A DNA stretch of 64,000 nt from an uncultured Gammaproteobacteria bacterium (GTDB lineage Bacteria > Patescibacteriota > Microgenomatia > 2-02-FULL-39-11): NCBI GenBank assembly GCA_964362665.1, contig CAYIFB010000004.1, forward strand, positions 13,349-77,348. The letters are read 5' to 3'. The notes beneath the pieces are model-generated. The model saw only the letters and a program-made list of their open reading frames with translations. It was not told the DNA's origin and searched no databases. The translations under genes were made by a program, and so were the position numbers. Shown here in pieces: positions 39,753-49,227 of the stretch; the stretch's first letter is position 1; each line of letters begins with the position of its first letter.

Positions 39753-39910
39753 AAAAAAATCTCACTCCTTTAAAAAGGGTGAGATTATTATAATTTCTCA
39801 CGGTACCACCTTAAACTTTCTTTTTACTGCTGTCTCGGGCTTACCCGTCGGATTCTACTATTTTCTTTCCGATGCTCCGGTGTGTCGTCACCATCATTGC
39901 AATCTACTTA
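39753..39910 (-). promoter_or_regulatory. Putative compact T-box riboswitch leader for the ppcA-aminotransferase-aspS operon
   Basis: Minus-strand GGUGGUACCGUG (39799-39810) matches the T-box core GGUGGNACCGCG. The antiterminator helix GUGAGA/UCUCAC (39796-39801 with 39779-39784) would leave a UGGUACC bulge. A mutually exclusive terminator UCUCACCC/GGAGUGAGA plus U7 (39753-39784) also sequesters the AGGAG ribosome-binding site. A candidate stem I hairpin at 39871-39895 has GACGACA in its loop. Confidence 0.5.
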
Positions 39911-41629
39911 TTAAGTAGAAATCCTAACATCTTTAAGACGCAATTGCAAGCGTGTTTTAGAATTCCATGTGTTCTCATCCAAACTGTATAATATGTCAAT
40001 CTTTCTATCAGGGTTAAACTGACTTGAAATTTCTCCCATTTTAAATCCGATGGCTTCGATAAAATCATGTTCTAAATCATGAGAGAAATTATTATTTGCC
40101 GTAATATTTTCGCTTATTTTCAATTTCATTTTCAAATGGTTTCTTTCACGACCCACCAATGAAAAACCTGCGATCATGATATTTTTACTTAAAAAAACAG
40201 GCTCAGTATTTCCTACTCCAAATGGCTCTAAAAGTAATAATTTCGCATATAAATCCCCAGTTATCTCAGTCAGGTTTAAAACCATATCTATATAGATATT
40301 TTTATCCTGTTTCTTTTTTAAATTATTTTTTTGAAAAAAATCGGTAAGTCTTGATTCAAGTAGCCCAATTTTAGATGTTTCAACAGTAAAACCTGCCGCC
40401 TGAGGATGACCGCCAACATCAATTAAGATATCTTCAAACTTTCTGATAATCGCGACGATATCGATGCCTTTAATAGATCGGGCTGAAGCTTTGGAAATTT
40501 TTTCGCCTTTAGCAATCACAATCGATGGAAGATTGGCATCTTGGGTCAGTCTTCCGGCAATAAGACCGATTATCCCTGTTTGAAAACTTTCGTGACTGAT
40601 AAAGATTAAACCAGTTTTATTAATAACCATACCCTTCGCCAATATTACCGCCTCCTCTGTCATGATCTGTCTTTTTTTATTCAAATCATAAAGTTTTTCT
40701 GATAACGACATCGCCCTAATCTTGTCATTAGTGCAAAGAAGGCGAAGCGCATCAATGGCGTGAGTCAGGCGTCCGATGGCATTAATTCTTGGTCCGATGA
40801 TATGACCCAAATCATAGACGTCAATATCTTCTTTAATGATTCCGGCATGTTTTATTAGTGTATTTAAACCAACTCTTTTGGTCTTTCTAAGTTGCTCCAG
40901 TCCTGCTTTCACAAAAATTCGATTCACTCCGGTAAGCGGGATTAAATCACAAACTGTGGCCAATGCCACTAAATCCAGATTTTCTTTTTGGGAGAATTTA
41001 CCATGTTGCAAATCTTCGGATTTTTTCAGATAACTTGTCAACTCCTCGCAAAAATACCAAACTAAAGCAGTTGCACAAATCATGGTTGTATGTACAAGAA
41101 TATTAATTTGGGGAGATTTATCCGGTTTTACGTGGTGATCGATTACAATAATATCGATTCCCCTGCTTTTGGCAAAAGCAATTTTGCTGCCGGCTGAAAT
41201 ACCATGATCAACCGTAATGATCAGAGAAGCGTTATATTTTTTCTTGACCTCTAAAATACCTTTTTCCGATAGTCCGTAACCCTCATCAATCCTGTTTGGT
41301 ACATAGGGCATCACCTTAGCACCTAATCCATAAAGACATTCCCAAAGCAGAGCACCGCTGCTTAACCCATCCACATCATAATCGGTATAGACTACTATTG
41401 ATTCAGAATTTTTTAACGCCGAATCGATTCGTTTCAGAGCTTTTAATAAACCGGTGGTTTTTATTCCTAATATTTTACGGTTTATTTGGGATAAATCAGG
41501 ATGGAGAAATTCTTTTATTTGTTTTTTGGTTTTTATACCGCGGTTTTTAAGTATTATTGATATTATTTCATCCTCTTTGGATATATTCGATTTACCCCGG
41601 CTCTCATCTAAAATTTTCCACTTATTCAT
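39911..41629 (-). CDS. recJ: Single-stranded-DNA-specific exonuclease RecJ
   Basis: DHH motifs (YTDYDVDG, DHGISAG, IVIDHH), DHHA1 domain, and a C-terminal OB-like region. Confidence 0.85.
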   Translation of the reverse strand: MNKWKILDESRGKSNISKEDEIISIILKNRGIKTKKQIKEFLHPDLSQINRKILGIKTTGLLKALKRIDSALKNSESIVVYTDYDVDGLSSGALLWECLYGLGAKVMPYVPNRIDEGYGLSEKGILEVKKKYNASLIITVDHGISAGSKIAFAKSRGIDIIVIDHHVKPDKSPQINILVHTTMICATALVWYFCEELTSYLKKSEDLQHGKFSQKENLDLVALATVCDLIPLTGVNRIFVKAGLEQLRKTKRVGLNTLIKHAGIIKEDIDVYDLGHIIGPRINAIGRLTHAIDALRLLCTNDKIRAMSLSEKLYDLNKKRQIMTEEAVILAKGMVINKTGLIFISHESFQTGIIGLIAGRLTQDANLPSIVIAKGEKISKASARSIKGIDIVAIIRKFEDILIDVGGHPQAAGFTVETSKIGLLESRLTDFFQKNNLKKKQDKNIYIDMVLNLTEITGDLYAKLLLLEPFGVGNTEPVFLSKNIMIAGFSLVGRERNHLKMKLKISENITANNNFSHDLEHDFIEAIGFKMGEISSQFNPDRKIDILYSLDENTWNSKTRLQLRLKDVRIST

Positions 41630-41760
41630 GATCTTATTTACCTTTCTTATTCTATCCGCTGGCTGGCGGATCGGTCTAGAAAGGTTTATACTGATTCCAA
41701 ATTCTAATAAAAAGAAGTATATCTTTAGGTTATAATATTAGTCAGAAAATTAATACTATC

Positions 41761-43119
41761 ATGAAATATCAAATTCCCAAAGAAGTTTTGATTGTCTTTA
41801 ATAAATTCCATAAAAAAGGATATGAGATCTTTGCTGTAGGAGGCGCTGTCAGAAATCTAATTCTTAACAGAATGACTAAGGATTGGGATTTCACCACAAA
41901 TGCCCAACCTGAAGAGATTGTCAAACTTTTTAAAGACAGTTTTTATGATAATAAATTCGGTACTGTCGGAATTCCGGTAAAAAGTCTGTCATCAGTTTTT
42001 GAAATTACTACCTATCGCAGTGAGTTGGGCTTCACCAATCATCGGCATCCCGACAAAATAATTTGGGGCAAAACCCTCGAAGAAGATTTAAAAAGACGGG
42101 ATTTTACCATTAATACTCTGGTTTTTGACGGAGATAATGTCAAGGATTTACTCGGAGGAATAGCTGATTTAGATAATCATTTGATTAAAGCAGTTGGAGA
42201 CGCTTCGGAAAGATTTCAGGAGGATGCCTTAAGGATGCTCAGGGCTGTCCGCATTGCCACACAGCTGAAGTTTATGATCGAATCCCATACTTTTGCGGCC
42301 ATCCAAAAAAACATCAAACTTTTAAATAAAATTTCCCAGGAAAGGATAAGAGATGAGTTGATAAAAATTCTATCGTCAGAATATCCTGCAGACGGTATTT
42401 TACTTCTAAGAAATTGCGGAATCCTTACCGTAATCCTGCCGGAATTGGAGGCATGTTTTGGGGTTGAACAAAAAAGTCCGAAACGTCATCATAAATATGA
42501 TGTCGGGACACATCTTGTAGAATCACTTCGTCATTGTCCATCTCTGAATCCTTATGTTCGATTAGCAACGCTTCTTCATGATATTGGAAAGCCTCGTGTA
42601 TTTAATAAGACTGACGAGGGTGTTATCACTTTTTATAATCATGAAATTATCGGTAACTCGATGGTGAAAAAAATTGTAAACCGGCTCCATCTTTCTAAAA
42701 AAGAAAGTGAAAAAATATGTCGTCTCGTCAAGTATCATCAATTTACCGTTGATGAAAGACAAACAGACAAAGCGGTAAGGCGTTTCATCAAAAATGTAGG
42801 TCTGGAAAACCTGAAAGATATTTTGGACCTTCGTATCGGTGACCGTCTGGGGGGAGGCGCCACCGAAACATCTTGGCGGCTGGATCTATTTAAAAAAAGA
42901 TTGATTGAGGTACAAAAACAGCCATTTACCATCTCAGATTTAAAAATTGACGGGTTTGACGTGATGAAAATACTTAATCTCTCCCCGGGACCAAGAGTTG
43001 GAGAAATTCTCGCTTTACTCTTCGCAAAAGTTATTGACGGAAAAATAAAAAATGATAGGGAATCTCTTCTTACCGAAATTAAAGCTTTTTTTTCTTCAAT
43101 GACCAATCTTCCCAAATAA
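41761..43119 (+). CDS. cca: CCA-adding tRNA nucleotidyltransferase with HD domain
   Basis: GGAVRN...DWDF nucleotidyltransferase head; HD motif HHKYDVGTH...LLHDIGKP. Confidence 0.8.
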   Translation: MKYQIPKEVLIVFNKFHKKGYEIFAVGGAVRNLILNRMTKDWDFTTNAQPEEIVKLFKDSFYDNKFGTVGIPVKSLSSVFEITTYRSELGFTNHRHPDKIIWGKTLEEDLKRRDFTINTLVFDGDNVKDLLGGIADLDNHLIKAVGDASERFQEDALRMLRAVRIATQLKFMIESHTFAAIQKNIKLLNKISQERIRDELIKILSSEYPADGILLLRNCGILTVILPELEACFGVEQKSPKRHHKYDVGTHLVESLRHCPSLNPYVRLATLLHDIGKPRVFNKTDEGVITFYNHEIIGNSMVKKIVNRLHLSKKESEKICRLVKYHQFTVDERQTDKAVRRFIKNVGLENLKDILDLRIGDRLGGGATETSWRLDLFKKRLIEVQKQPFTISDLKIDGFDVMKILNLSPGPRVGEILALLFAKVIDGKIKNDRESLLTEIKAFFSSMTNLPK

Positions 43120-43987
43120 CGAGAAGCGGAGCGGCGTTAAATATCGAAGAATAGGTACCTGATGTAATACCAATCAGAAGCGCAGCAATAAACCATCTTG
43201 TTGACTCTCCGCCAAATAACAACAAGGCAACCAAAGTCAGAATTACTGTCATCGATGTTGATAAAGATCGGGCAAGTGTTTGTACCACTGATTCATTAAC
43301 AATCTGAGAAAAATCTTTGCCTGTTAGATGAATCAGATTTTCTCTAATCCTGTCAAAAACAACTATTGAATCATGCACGGAAAATCCCATGACTGTCAAA
43401 AGGGCGGTAATAATTAAGCTATCAACTTCAACCTTATAAAAATGTCCAAGAATGGAAAATATTCCTAGTACCACCAAAATATCATGGATTAAGGCAAGAA
43501 CTGCACAAAATCCAAATCTCCACGATGAGTAAGGCTTAGGAATGTGACGAAAGGCTAATGCCACATAGATTATGATGGCGATGGATGCCACCACTACAGC
43601 CTTCAGCGCATTTTGAGAGGTTTCTTTACCGATGAGGGGACCTACTGTTTCACTGCGAATTTGTTTAACTTCGCCATATGTTTCAGTAAGGTCGGAAAAT
43701 AATTTCTGGCTTTTGTCTTTATCCAAAGATTTTAGTCTGATTAAAAAGGTATTTTCACCGGATTTTTGAATACTTCCGACTTCTAATTTATCTTTTTCCA
43801 ATATTTTCCGAAGATCGTCATTTTCTATCTTGGATTCTTTTTTAAGGAATTGATACTCAAGAAGAGTTCCTCCTGTAAAATCTATAGCAGGTCTGATTCC
43901 CCAGATAATTAATGATATCAAGCCCGGTATAATGACAACAGCTGAAAATATTAGATACCACCATTTTTTTCCGATAATATCGATCAT
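43079..43987 (-). CDS. secF: Protein-export membrane protein SecF
   Basis: SecF blocks including GFSVHDSIVVFDRIREN. Confidence 0.85.
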   Translation of the reverse strand: MIDIIGKKWWYLIFSAVVIIPGLISLIIWGIRPAIDFTGGTLLEYQFLKKESKIENDDLRKILEKDKLEVGSIQKSGENTFLIRLKSLDKDKSQKLFSDLTETYGEVKQIRSETVGPLIGKETSQNALKAVVVASIAIIIYVALAFRHIPKPYSSWRFGFCAVLALIHDILVVLGIFSILGHFYKVEVDSLIITALLTVMGFSVHDSIVVFDRIRENLIHLTGKDFSQIVNESVVQTLARSLSTSMTVILTLVALLLFGGESTRWFIAALLIGITSGTYSSIFNAAPLLVIWEDWSLKKKKL

Positions 43988-43989
43988 TT

Positions 43990-45321
43990 TTATTCCTTAT
44001 AAATCAGGTTGAGTAAATTGCGGGTTATCGTAATAGCACTGAAAAGCGATATCACAATTCCAATTGCTAGAGTTACGGCAAAACCCCGCACTATACCTGT
44101 ACCAAACCAATATAATATTCCGCAGGTGATAAGTGATGATATATTAGAATCCCTGATTGACGGAAAAGCCCTGTCAAAACCAAGTTTCAACGCCACTAGA
44201 TAATCTTTACCCCATCTGATTTCTTCCTTCATTCTTTCAAAAATCAATATATTAGCATCAACTGCCATACCAATCGAGAGTATAAATCCGGCAATTCCAG
44301 GCAGAGTCAAAGTTACAGGAATAAGCTTAAAGAGAGCAAAAACTATCAAGGCATAAATGATTAGAGCTGTATCTGCAATAAGACCGAGTAACCGGTAATT
44401 GACGATCATAAAAACTGCAATAATAAATAAACCTATCATGCCTGCTAAAATGCTTCTATGAACTGACTGCTGACCAAGAGTCGCCCCGACGTTTCGCTGT
44501 TCTATAACCTGTAAAGGAACGGGCAAGGCGCCGGCATTCAGGGAAATAGCTAATCTTTTTGCTTCATCCAGTGAAAATTTTCCCGTTATTGACGCTTTTC
44601 CACCGGTAATCGGCTCATTAACTTTTGGAGCCGATAAAAGTTGATTATCTAAAAAGATAGCCACTGTTTTGTTCACATTTCGAGTGGTAATATCTTCAAA
44701 CAATTTTGCTCCATCACTATCAAATTCCAAAGAAACCTGCGGCTCCCCCGTATTGGGTTGAAAAGTCACTTCAGCCTTCTTCAAATTTTTGCCATTTAAA
44801 GAAGTATTGATTGGCCAAATGTCCGCGAATGAGGAAGGAGTTGCTATTTTAGCTGATGCTGTTGCTTCCTCAAAAAATGATAATTGGGCTGTTTTTCCAA
44901 TCAACTCTATTGCCTGATCAATATTTGATATTCCCGGAATTTCGACTAAAAGTCTATATGAATCCCCGACTTTTGACTGTTGTATTATTGACTCGCTTAA
45001 CCCATATAAATTAATTCTTCGTTCGACGATGTTTTTAGCAGAATCATAAGCTTTCGCCCGGTCTGCTTTATCAACCTTACTCATATCCGCTTCCAGAACC
45101 AGATGAGTGCCCCCGGCTAAATCAAGACCATAATGAATATCTATATTTTTATTTATAGTGATATTTCCAAGGGTAAAGTTAATTTGTGGTGAACTGATGA
45201 TGCGATCAACATTAATCTTGCCTAATTGAAATTTTAACCTGTAATTTTTTGGCAAATCTATTATCCCGACTACAATCGTCAAGATAACAATAAACCAAAT
45301 AATTTTTCTTTTGCTAAACAT
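43990..45321 (-). CDS. secD: Protein-export membrane protein SecD
   Basis: GLDLAGGTHLVLEAD and the C-terminal TM bundle. Confidence 0.85.
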   Translation of the reverse strand: MFSKRKIIWFIVILTIVVGIIDLPKNYRLKFQLGKINVDRIISSPQINFTLGNITINKNIDIHYGLDLAGGTHLVLEADMSKVDKADRAKAYDSAKNIVERRINLYGLSESIIQQSKVGDSYRLLVEIPGISNIDQAIELIGKTAQLSFFEEATASAKIATPSSFADIWPINTSLNGKNLKKAEVTFQPNTGEPQVSLEFDSDGAKLFEDITTRNVNKTVAIFLDNQLLSAPKVNEPITGGKASITGKFSLDEAKRLAISLNAGALPVPLQVIEQRNVGATLGQQSVHRSILAGMIGLFIIAVFMIVNYRLLGLIADTALIIYALIVFALFKLIPVTLTLPGIAGFILSIGMAVDANILIFERMKEEIRWGKDYLVALKLGFDRAFPSIRDSNISSLITCGILYWFGTGIVRGFAVTLAIGIVISLFSAITITRNLLNLIYKE

Positions 45322-45328
45322 AAGTTTT

Positions 45329-45514
45329 TTATTTCGCAGATGAAGTTGGAAGTTTTAATTGTACAGCACCGGAGAAAAAGACAGACATCAGTCCTTTATC
45401 CAACGATGTTATTACTTTAACATTATCCCCGGGATTTATTCCCAAAGAATGAGCAAAATCGGCTGGTATGATCACCGCAAGACTGTGTTTACCTGCCCGG
45501 ATTATCTTTTTCAT
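45329..45514 (-). CDS. AbrB/MazE/SpoVT-like swapped-hairpin DNA-binding protein
   Basis: KHSLAVIIPADFAHSLGINPGDNVKV matches the SpoVT_AbrB domain pattern. Confidence 0.5.
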   Translation of the reverse strand: MKKIIRAGKHSLAVIIPADFAHSLGINPGDNVKVITSLDKGLMSVFFSGAVQLKLPTSSAK

Positions 45515-45529
45515 CTTAGAATAAATCTT

Positions 45530-46123
45530 TTAACCGATCAGTTCTTCTTCATCTCCAATTATCATAATCCTTGATCCTTTAAGAATATCCATGACGAATG
45601 GGTCTTTCCTTTTTTTACGGAATTCGAATTCTTCCTCGCTCATCACCGTATAATTTATTTCTCTTTCCCGTCTAACCTCCTCCGCCCGAATAAGTTGACT
45701 GAGTTCTGGTATGACTACTTTGCCCACCATCAATAAATCTACGTCATTAGTTGCCCTATTTTTATTTCTGGCATATTTACCTGATATCATCACAAACTTT
45801 ATTTTTCCCAGTTTTACTTTATTTTTTATAATATCACCACCCAAAGCTGAAGTTTTTACTATTAAACCCATCAGATCATAATATAGAGGGTAATCTTTGC
45901 GAAGACCGTAGAAGAGTCTATTTGCCCGTCTTTCCTTGGATAAGAGGCCTGCTTTTTCCAAGTGGGCTAGCTCGCGACGAACAGCATTAATCTCCTCTTC
46001 CACCAAACGGACTATAGCCCTAACATGATAAATTTTGGCGGGTGTTAGAAAAAAAAGTTCCAATATTTTTACCCGGACGCGGGAAATTATCAAATCGTGC
46101 AACATATTTTTCCCTCCTTTCAA
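45530..46123 (-). CDS. Winged-helix DNA-binding domain fused to a minimal nucleotidyltransferase (Pol-beta/MNT-like)
   Basis: N-terminal wHTH; C-terminal GxS...DVDLLMVG nucleotidyltransferase motif. Confidence 0.45.
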   Translation of the reverse strand: MKGGKNMLHDLIISRVRVKILELFFLTPAKIYHVRAIVRLVEEEINAVRRELAHLEKAGLLSKERRANRLFYGLRKDYPLYYDLMGLIVKTSALGGDIIKNKVKLGKIKFVMISGKYARNKNRATNDVDLLMVGKVVIPELSQLIRAEEVRREREINYTVMSEEEFEFRKKRKDPFVMDILKGSRIMIIGDEEELIG

Positions 46124-46210
46124 TTATTGCGATCCGGGACAAGGTAATGACTTTATTACATTTGTCCCCATATCCATTATTACGGATAGGGGCAGGTTAT
46201 TTCATAATTT

Positions 46211-47386
46211 TTAATAAGTCAATTGCTGTTCGCTAGGTATTAATTCTATCCAGATTGGACCTCTGATAAATTTTATTTCCTTACCTGTTGTATCAAAAAA
46301 CACTGTCCTACCGATTCTGCTTTTTTTACTCCAAGTCCCGACGATTGCCTTTCCATCCTGGAAGATTACAGCCTTTCCTGAACCGATGGTGGCATATAAA
46401 AAATGACCATGTTCATCCACTGGACCGGTAAGTTTAGTGAGTTGAACTACTACGTTTTTAGCAGTTAATTGCTCTTTTGTTTCCAGATCAAGCTGAACTA
46501 CGCCTCCGTTTTTTCGTTTATATAAATTTAAAGACTGATCGTAATCCCATTCAACATCATATTTATCATATCCCTCTGCAAAAATAATTTTTATGGTTTG
46601 TGCATTACCCCTATCGGAGGTATCAGCGTCATCTTTAAATGACCATTTTTTAAAATTCTTATCCCAGGATATTCCGTTCTCATCTGGATTAGTCCAACCT
46701 CGTTTTGCGGCTATTTTATACAGGTTTTCCGAAAAACAAACCATTGTATGTTCAGTTGCCACAGGGTGATCCAATCTGTCAGGATTTCTATAACAATCCG
46801 GGAAACCTATACCAAACTGATCTAAATCTTTTATACCAAACCGATCAATTTGACATAGCGCCTTTGCACGATCATCAACTGTGTCATCCGAACAATTACC
46901 TGCTCCACCTACATGGTTGTATAAAGCATCATATTCTGATACCCAGTCAACATAATATGTCCGGGCAGATCTGACCGGTGCAAAAGTTATATTTTCAAGT
47001 GGAGTATTACAGTAAAAAACACCCATAAGTCTGGTAATCCAACCTTCAGCTAGAGCTTCATAGATGATATCTGCTCGAGATAATCCTGATTGCGGTCTTG
47101 CTTCATCGCTATTTTCTATCATAACAGCCAAAGGTCTGACTTTATCCCAAATTTCTTTTTCTTTCTTGGTATACATGACACCATTTAAAGGACATGTTTC
47201 ATCGCGGGGGATAGCTGGATCAACTTTATTTTTTATTTTTTGAGCCGGTGAAATTTTCCCCAGAGGTGAGGTTATTTCTTTTGTGGATGATTTCAGGGAT
47301 ATATTATTAAAAACTGCATAGGACATACCTGTCGAAATAAGATATAAACCCAGTCCGGCTAAAATTGGAATAAGTTTATTTTTCAT
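46211..47386 (-). CDS. DUF3048 (YerB-like) exported protein
   Basis: Signal anchor; ARPQSGLSRADIIYEALAEGWITRLMGVFY block typical of DUF3048. Confidence 0.55.
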   Translation of the reverse strand: MKNKLIPILAGLGLYLISTGMSYAVFNNISLKSSTKEITSPLGKISPAQKIKNKVDPAIPRDETCPLNGVMYTKKEKEIWDKVRPLAVMIENSDEARPQSGLSRADIIYEALAEGWITRLMGVFYCNTPLENITFAPVRSARTYYVDWVSEYDALYNHVGGAGNCSDDTVDDRAKALCQIDRFGIKDLDQFGIGFPDCYRNPDRLDHPVATEHTMVCFSENLYKIAAKRGWTNPDENGISWDKNFKKWSFKDDADTSDRGNAQTIKIIFAEGYDKYDVEWDYDQSLNLYKRKNGGVVQLDLETKEQLTAKNVVVQLTKLTGPVDEHGHFLYATIGSGKAVIFQDGKAIVGTWSKKSRIGRTVFFDTTGKEIKFIRGPIWIELIPSEQQLTY

Positions 47387-47393
47387 GAATTAA

Positions 47394-47882
47394 TTATAAT
47401 ATATTTTGTATTTCAGTTTTTCTTTTAATACCGACTGCTTTTTTAATGGCTTTCAGCTCATCCTCTGATAATTCGTGATCTACTCCTTTGCCTAAACTGA
47501 CATTTTTAGCGTACCACCGTGTGGTTCCTCGGCTATGTAGAGACGTCAAAACAATTCCACTATCAGTTCCATCAAGAATCGCCAAAATAAAACTCTGATC
47601 TCCCCCTGTATCCGCAAAAGGATTAAATCTGAGAATTCCTATTTTTTGAATGTGACTTACAACATCTTCAGTAAGTTTTGCAACATTTTCCTTTAACTTT
47701 TCTATATTTTTACGATCCAACGTGATTTCGGTTGTGATCTGATTAAGAACTTGAGTTAAATTTCCCTTGTTATGTCCCTTCATCAACCCTTGGTAATGAG
47801 AGCTTATTTTTATCAGATATACTGTCAATCCGATTGTCCAAATGAATAAGAAAACACTTAGAATAATATAAAAATTATTCAT
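47394..47882 (-). CDS. DUF4446 family protein
   Basis: N-terminal TM segment; RFNPFADTGGDQSF...SLHSRGTTRWYAK pattern. Confidence 0.5.
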   Translation of the reverse strand: MNNFYIILSVFLFIWTIGLTVYLIKISSHYQGLMKGHNKGNLTQVLNQITTEITLDRKNIEKLKENVAKLTEDVVSHIQKIGILRFNPFADTGGDQSFILAILDGTDSGIVLTSLHSRGTTRWYAKNVSLGKGVDHELSEDELKAIKKAVGIKRKTEIQNIL

Positions 47883-47910
47883 TTTTCAAATCAATACTTA
47901 CAAGCTAATA

Positions 47911-48276
47911 ATGAGTAAACTATGTATTCGAGATTGTACTCACTTTACAAGACACTGTCAATATGTTAAGCTCGATCACGCTCGAATTGATATGCCAAAA
48001 AAAACTAAAAGGCAAAAATTACTGGCGGAACAACACCGACAAAAACTTCTAAATTCTCAACCTGTCAAGAACCAAATTAATTTACCCCGGAATAATCAAG
48101 ATATCCACCCGGAGGTTAAATATACATTTAATAAACAGAGCGTTCCAGCGGTAAAACCGGTATTCAAAAGTAATGAGTATAGTTATGTCAATAAAGATTT
48201 GAAAAGAATAAGTTTATTTACTTTTCTTGCAATCAGCCTGCAGGTTGTGATATATTTCGTTCTTAAAGGAAGCTAA
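47911..48276 (+). CDS. Hypothetical protein (start uncertain, possibly 47992)
   Basis: ORF only; C-terminal hydrophobic segment. Confidence 0.3.
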   Translation: MSKLCIRDCTHFTRHCQYVKLDHARIDMPKKTKRQKLLAEQHRQKLLNSQPVKNQINLPRNNQDIHPEVKYTFNKQSVPAVKPVFKSNEYSYVNKDLKRISLFTFLAISLQVVIYFVLKGS

Positions 48277-48309
48277 AAAATAATTTTCTTGAAGGGAGGT
48301 GACAAAAAA

Positions 48310-48450
48310 ATGGCAGAAATGTATTGTGTTAAATGTCGCGCAAAAAGAGATGATCCAAATGCACAGAAAGTGACCATGAAAAATGGTAAACCAGCTTTGA
48401 AGGGTAAATGTCCAACTTGTGGTACGGGAATGTATAAAATCGGAGGATAA
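48310..48450 (+). CDS. DUF5679-like zinc-ribbon mini-protein (46 aa)
   Basis: Not in the ORF track. GGGAGGTG ribosome-binding site 8 nt upstream. CVKC...CPTCGT four-Cys ribbon (MAEMYCVKCRAKRD...GKCPTCGTGMYKIGG). A strong terminator follows. Confidence 0.5.
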   Translation: MAEMYCVKCRAKRDDPNAQKVTMKNGKPALKGKCPTCGTGMYKIGG

Positions 48451-48480
48451 TTTTCGTTGAAGAATTTTTTAACGAATAAA

Positions 48481-48505
48481 CCCCGCCTTTGGCGGGGTTT
48501 TTCTT
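48481..48505. terminator. Bidirectional intrinsic terminator
   Basis: CCCCGCC-TTT-GGCGGGG followed by TTTTTCTT; an A/T-rich run lies on the other side. Confidence 0.75.
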
Positions 48506-48524
48506 GGGATAACTAAAAAAAATT

Positions 48525-49154
48525 TCATCTTTTAGTAGCCACAATTTTATTGACAATGTTGAAGGGGCCGAAATCAGTTCTTCTCACCTCAAAACCGGCA
48601 GATTGAAAATACTGCATATTATTTCTTTGCAGATGTAATGTAGTGTGCGGAGAAACTAAGCGAAATAAAATTCTTGCAATAAGATTATTATTCTGAGGAA
48701 TGCCGCCTGCAATAATTATAACTTTTCCGTTTTTCTTCAAAACCCTTTTCATCTCTAAAATTGCTTTTTCGAGGTGAGTTATTTCCGCCAGGACGAATGT
48801 CAGTACTATGCAATCAAACACTTCATTGTCAAAAGGTAGTTTTTCCACGCTCTGCTGTAGGATTGGAGGAGTAAATCCCGCTTTTTTTAATCTTCGTTTG
48901 GCTTCATAAGCCATACCGCGGCGAAGCTCGATACCTGTAATATCACATCCCTTCTGAACCAGCTTTAGCAACAGTTTACCGGGCCCCACTCCTATTTCCA
49001 GAATTTTATTTCCTGAAATGTCTTCAAATACCCGCTGTTGCCACTGCTCCCATTGACCGAAAGATAAAAGCTGAGTCAAATTGGAATAAATTAGAGGCCA
49101 CGCGTGGTAAGCTTTGTAGAAGAAATCGAATAATTTTATTTTAGAGAGTCGCAT
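48525..49154 (-). CDS. Class I SAM-dependent methyltransferase (Methyltransf_11-like)
   Basis: Motif I ILEIGVGPG; acidic residue in GIEL; motif III. Confidence 0.65.
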   Translation of the reverse strand: MRLSKIKLFDFFYKAYHAWPLIYSNLTQLLSFGQWEQWQQRVFEDISGNKILEIGVGPGKLLLKLVQKGCDITGIELRRGMAYEAKRRLKKAGFTPPILQQSVEKLPFDNEVFDCIVLTFVLAEITHLEKAILEMKRVLKKNGKVIIIAGGIPQNNNLIARILFRLVSPHTTLHLQRNNMQYFQSAGFEVRRTDFGPFNIVNKIVATKR

Positions 49155-49186
49155 ATAAAGCGGCTACAAGATATTGTAACACACGA

Positions 49187-49215
49187 TTGACAATAAATTC
49201 AATTAAAGATAAAAT
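49187..49215 (+). promoter_or_regulatory. Sigma70-like promoter of the leu operon leader
   Basis: TTGACA (49187-49192), 17-nt spacer, TAAAAT (49210-49215). The predicted transcription start site is about 5 nt before the leader ATG. Confidence 0.55.
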
Positions 49216-49227
49216 AATTCCAGAATC

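Noticed and set aside
39730-39918. 62-aa plus-strand ORF between ppcA and recJ
   Set aside because: The region is better explained as the minus-strand T-box leader. The ORF has no ribosome-binding site and no motifs.
48329-48556. 75-aa minus-strand ORF
   Set aside because: It runs antisense through the DUF5679 mini-gene and its terminator, and has no motifs.
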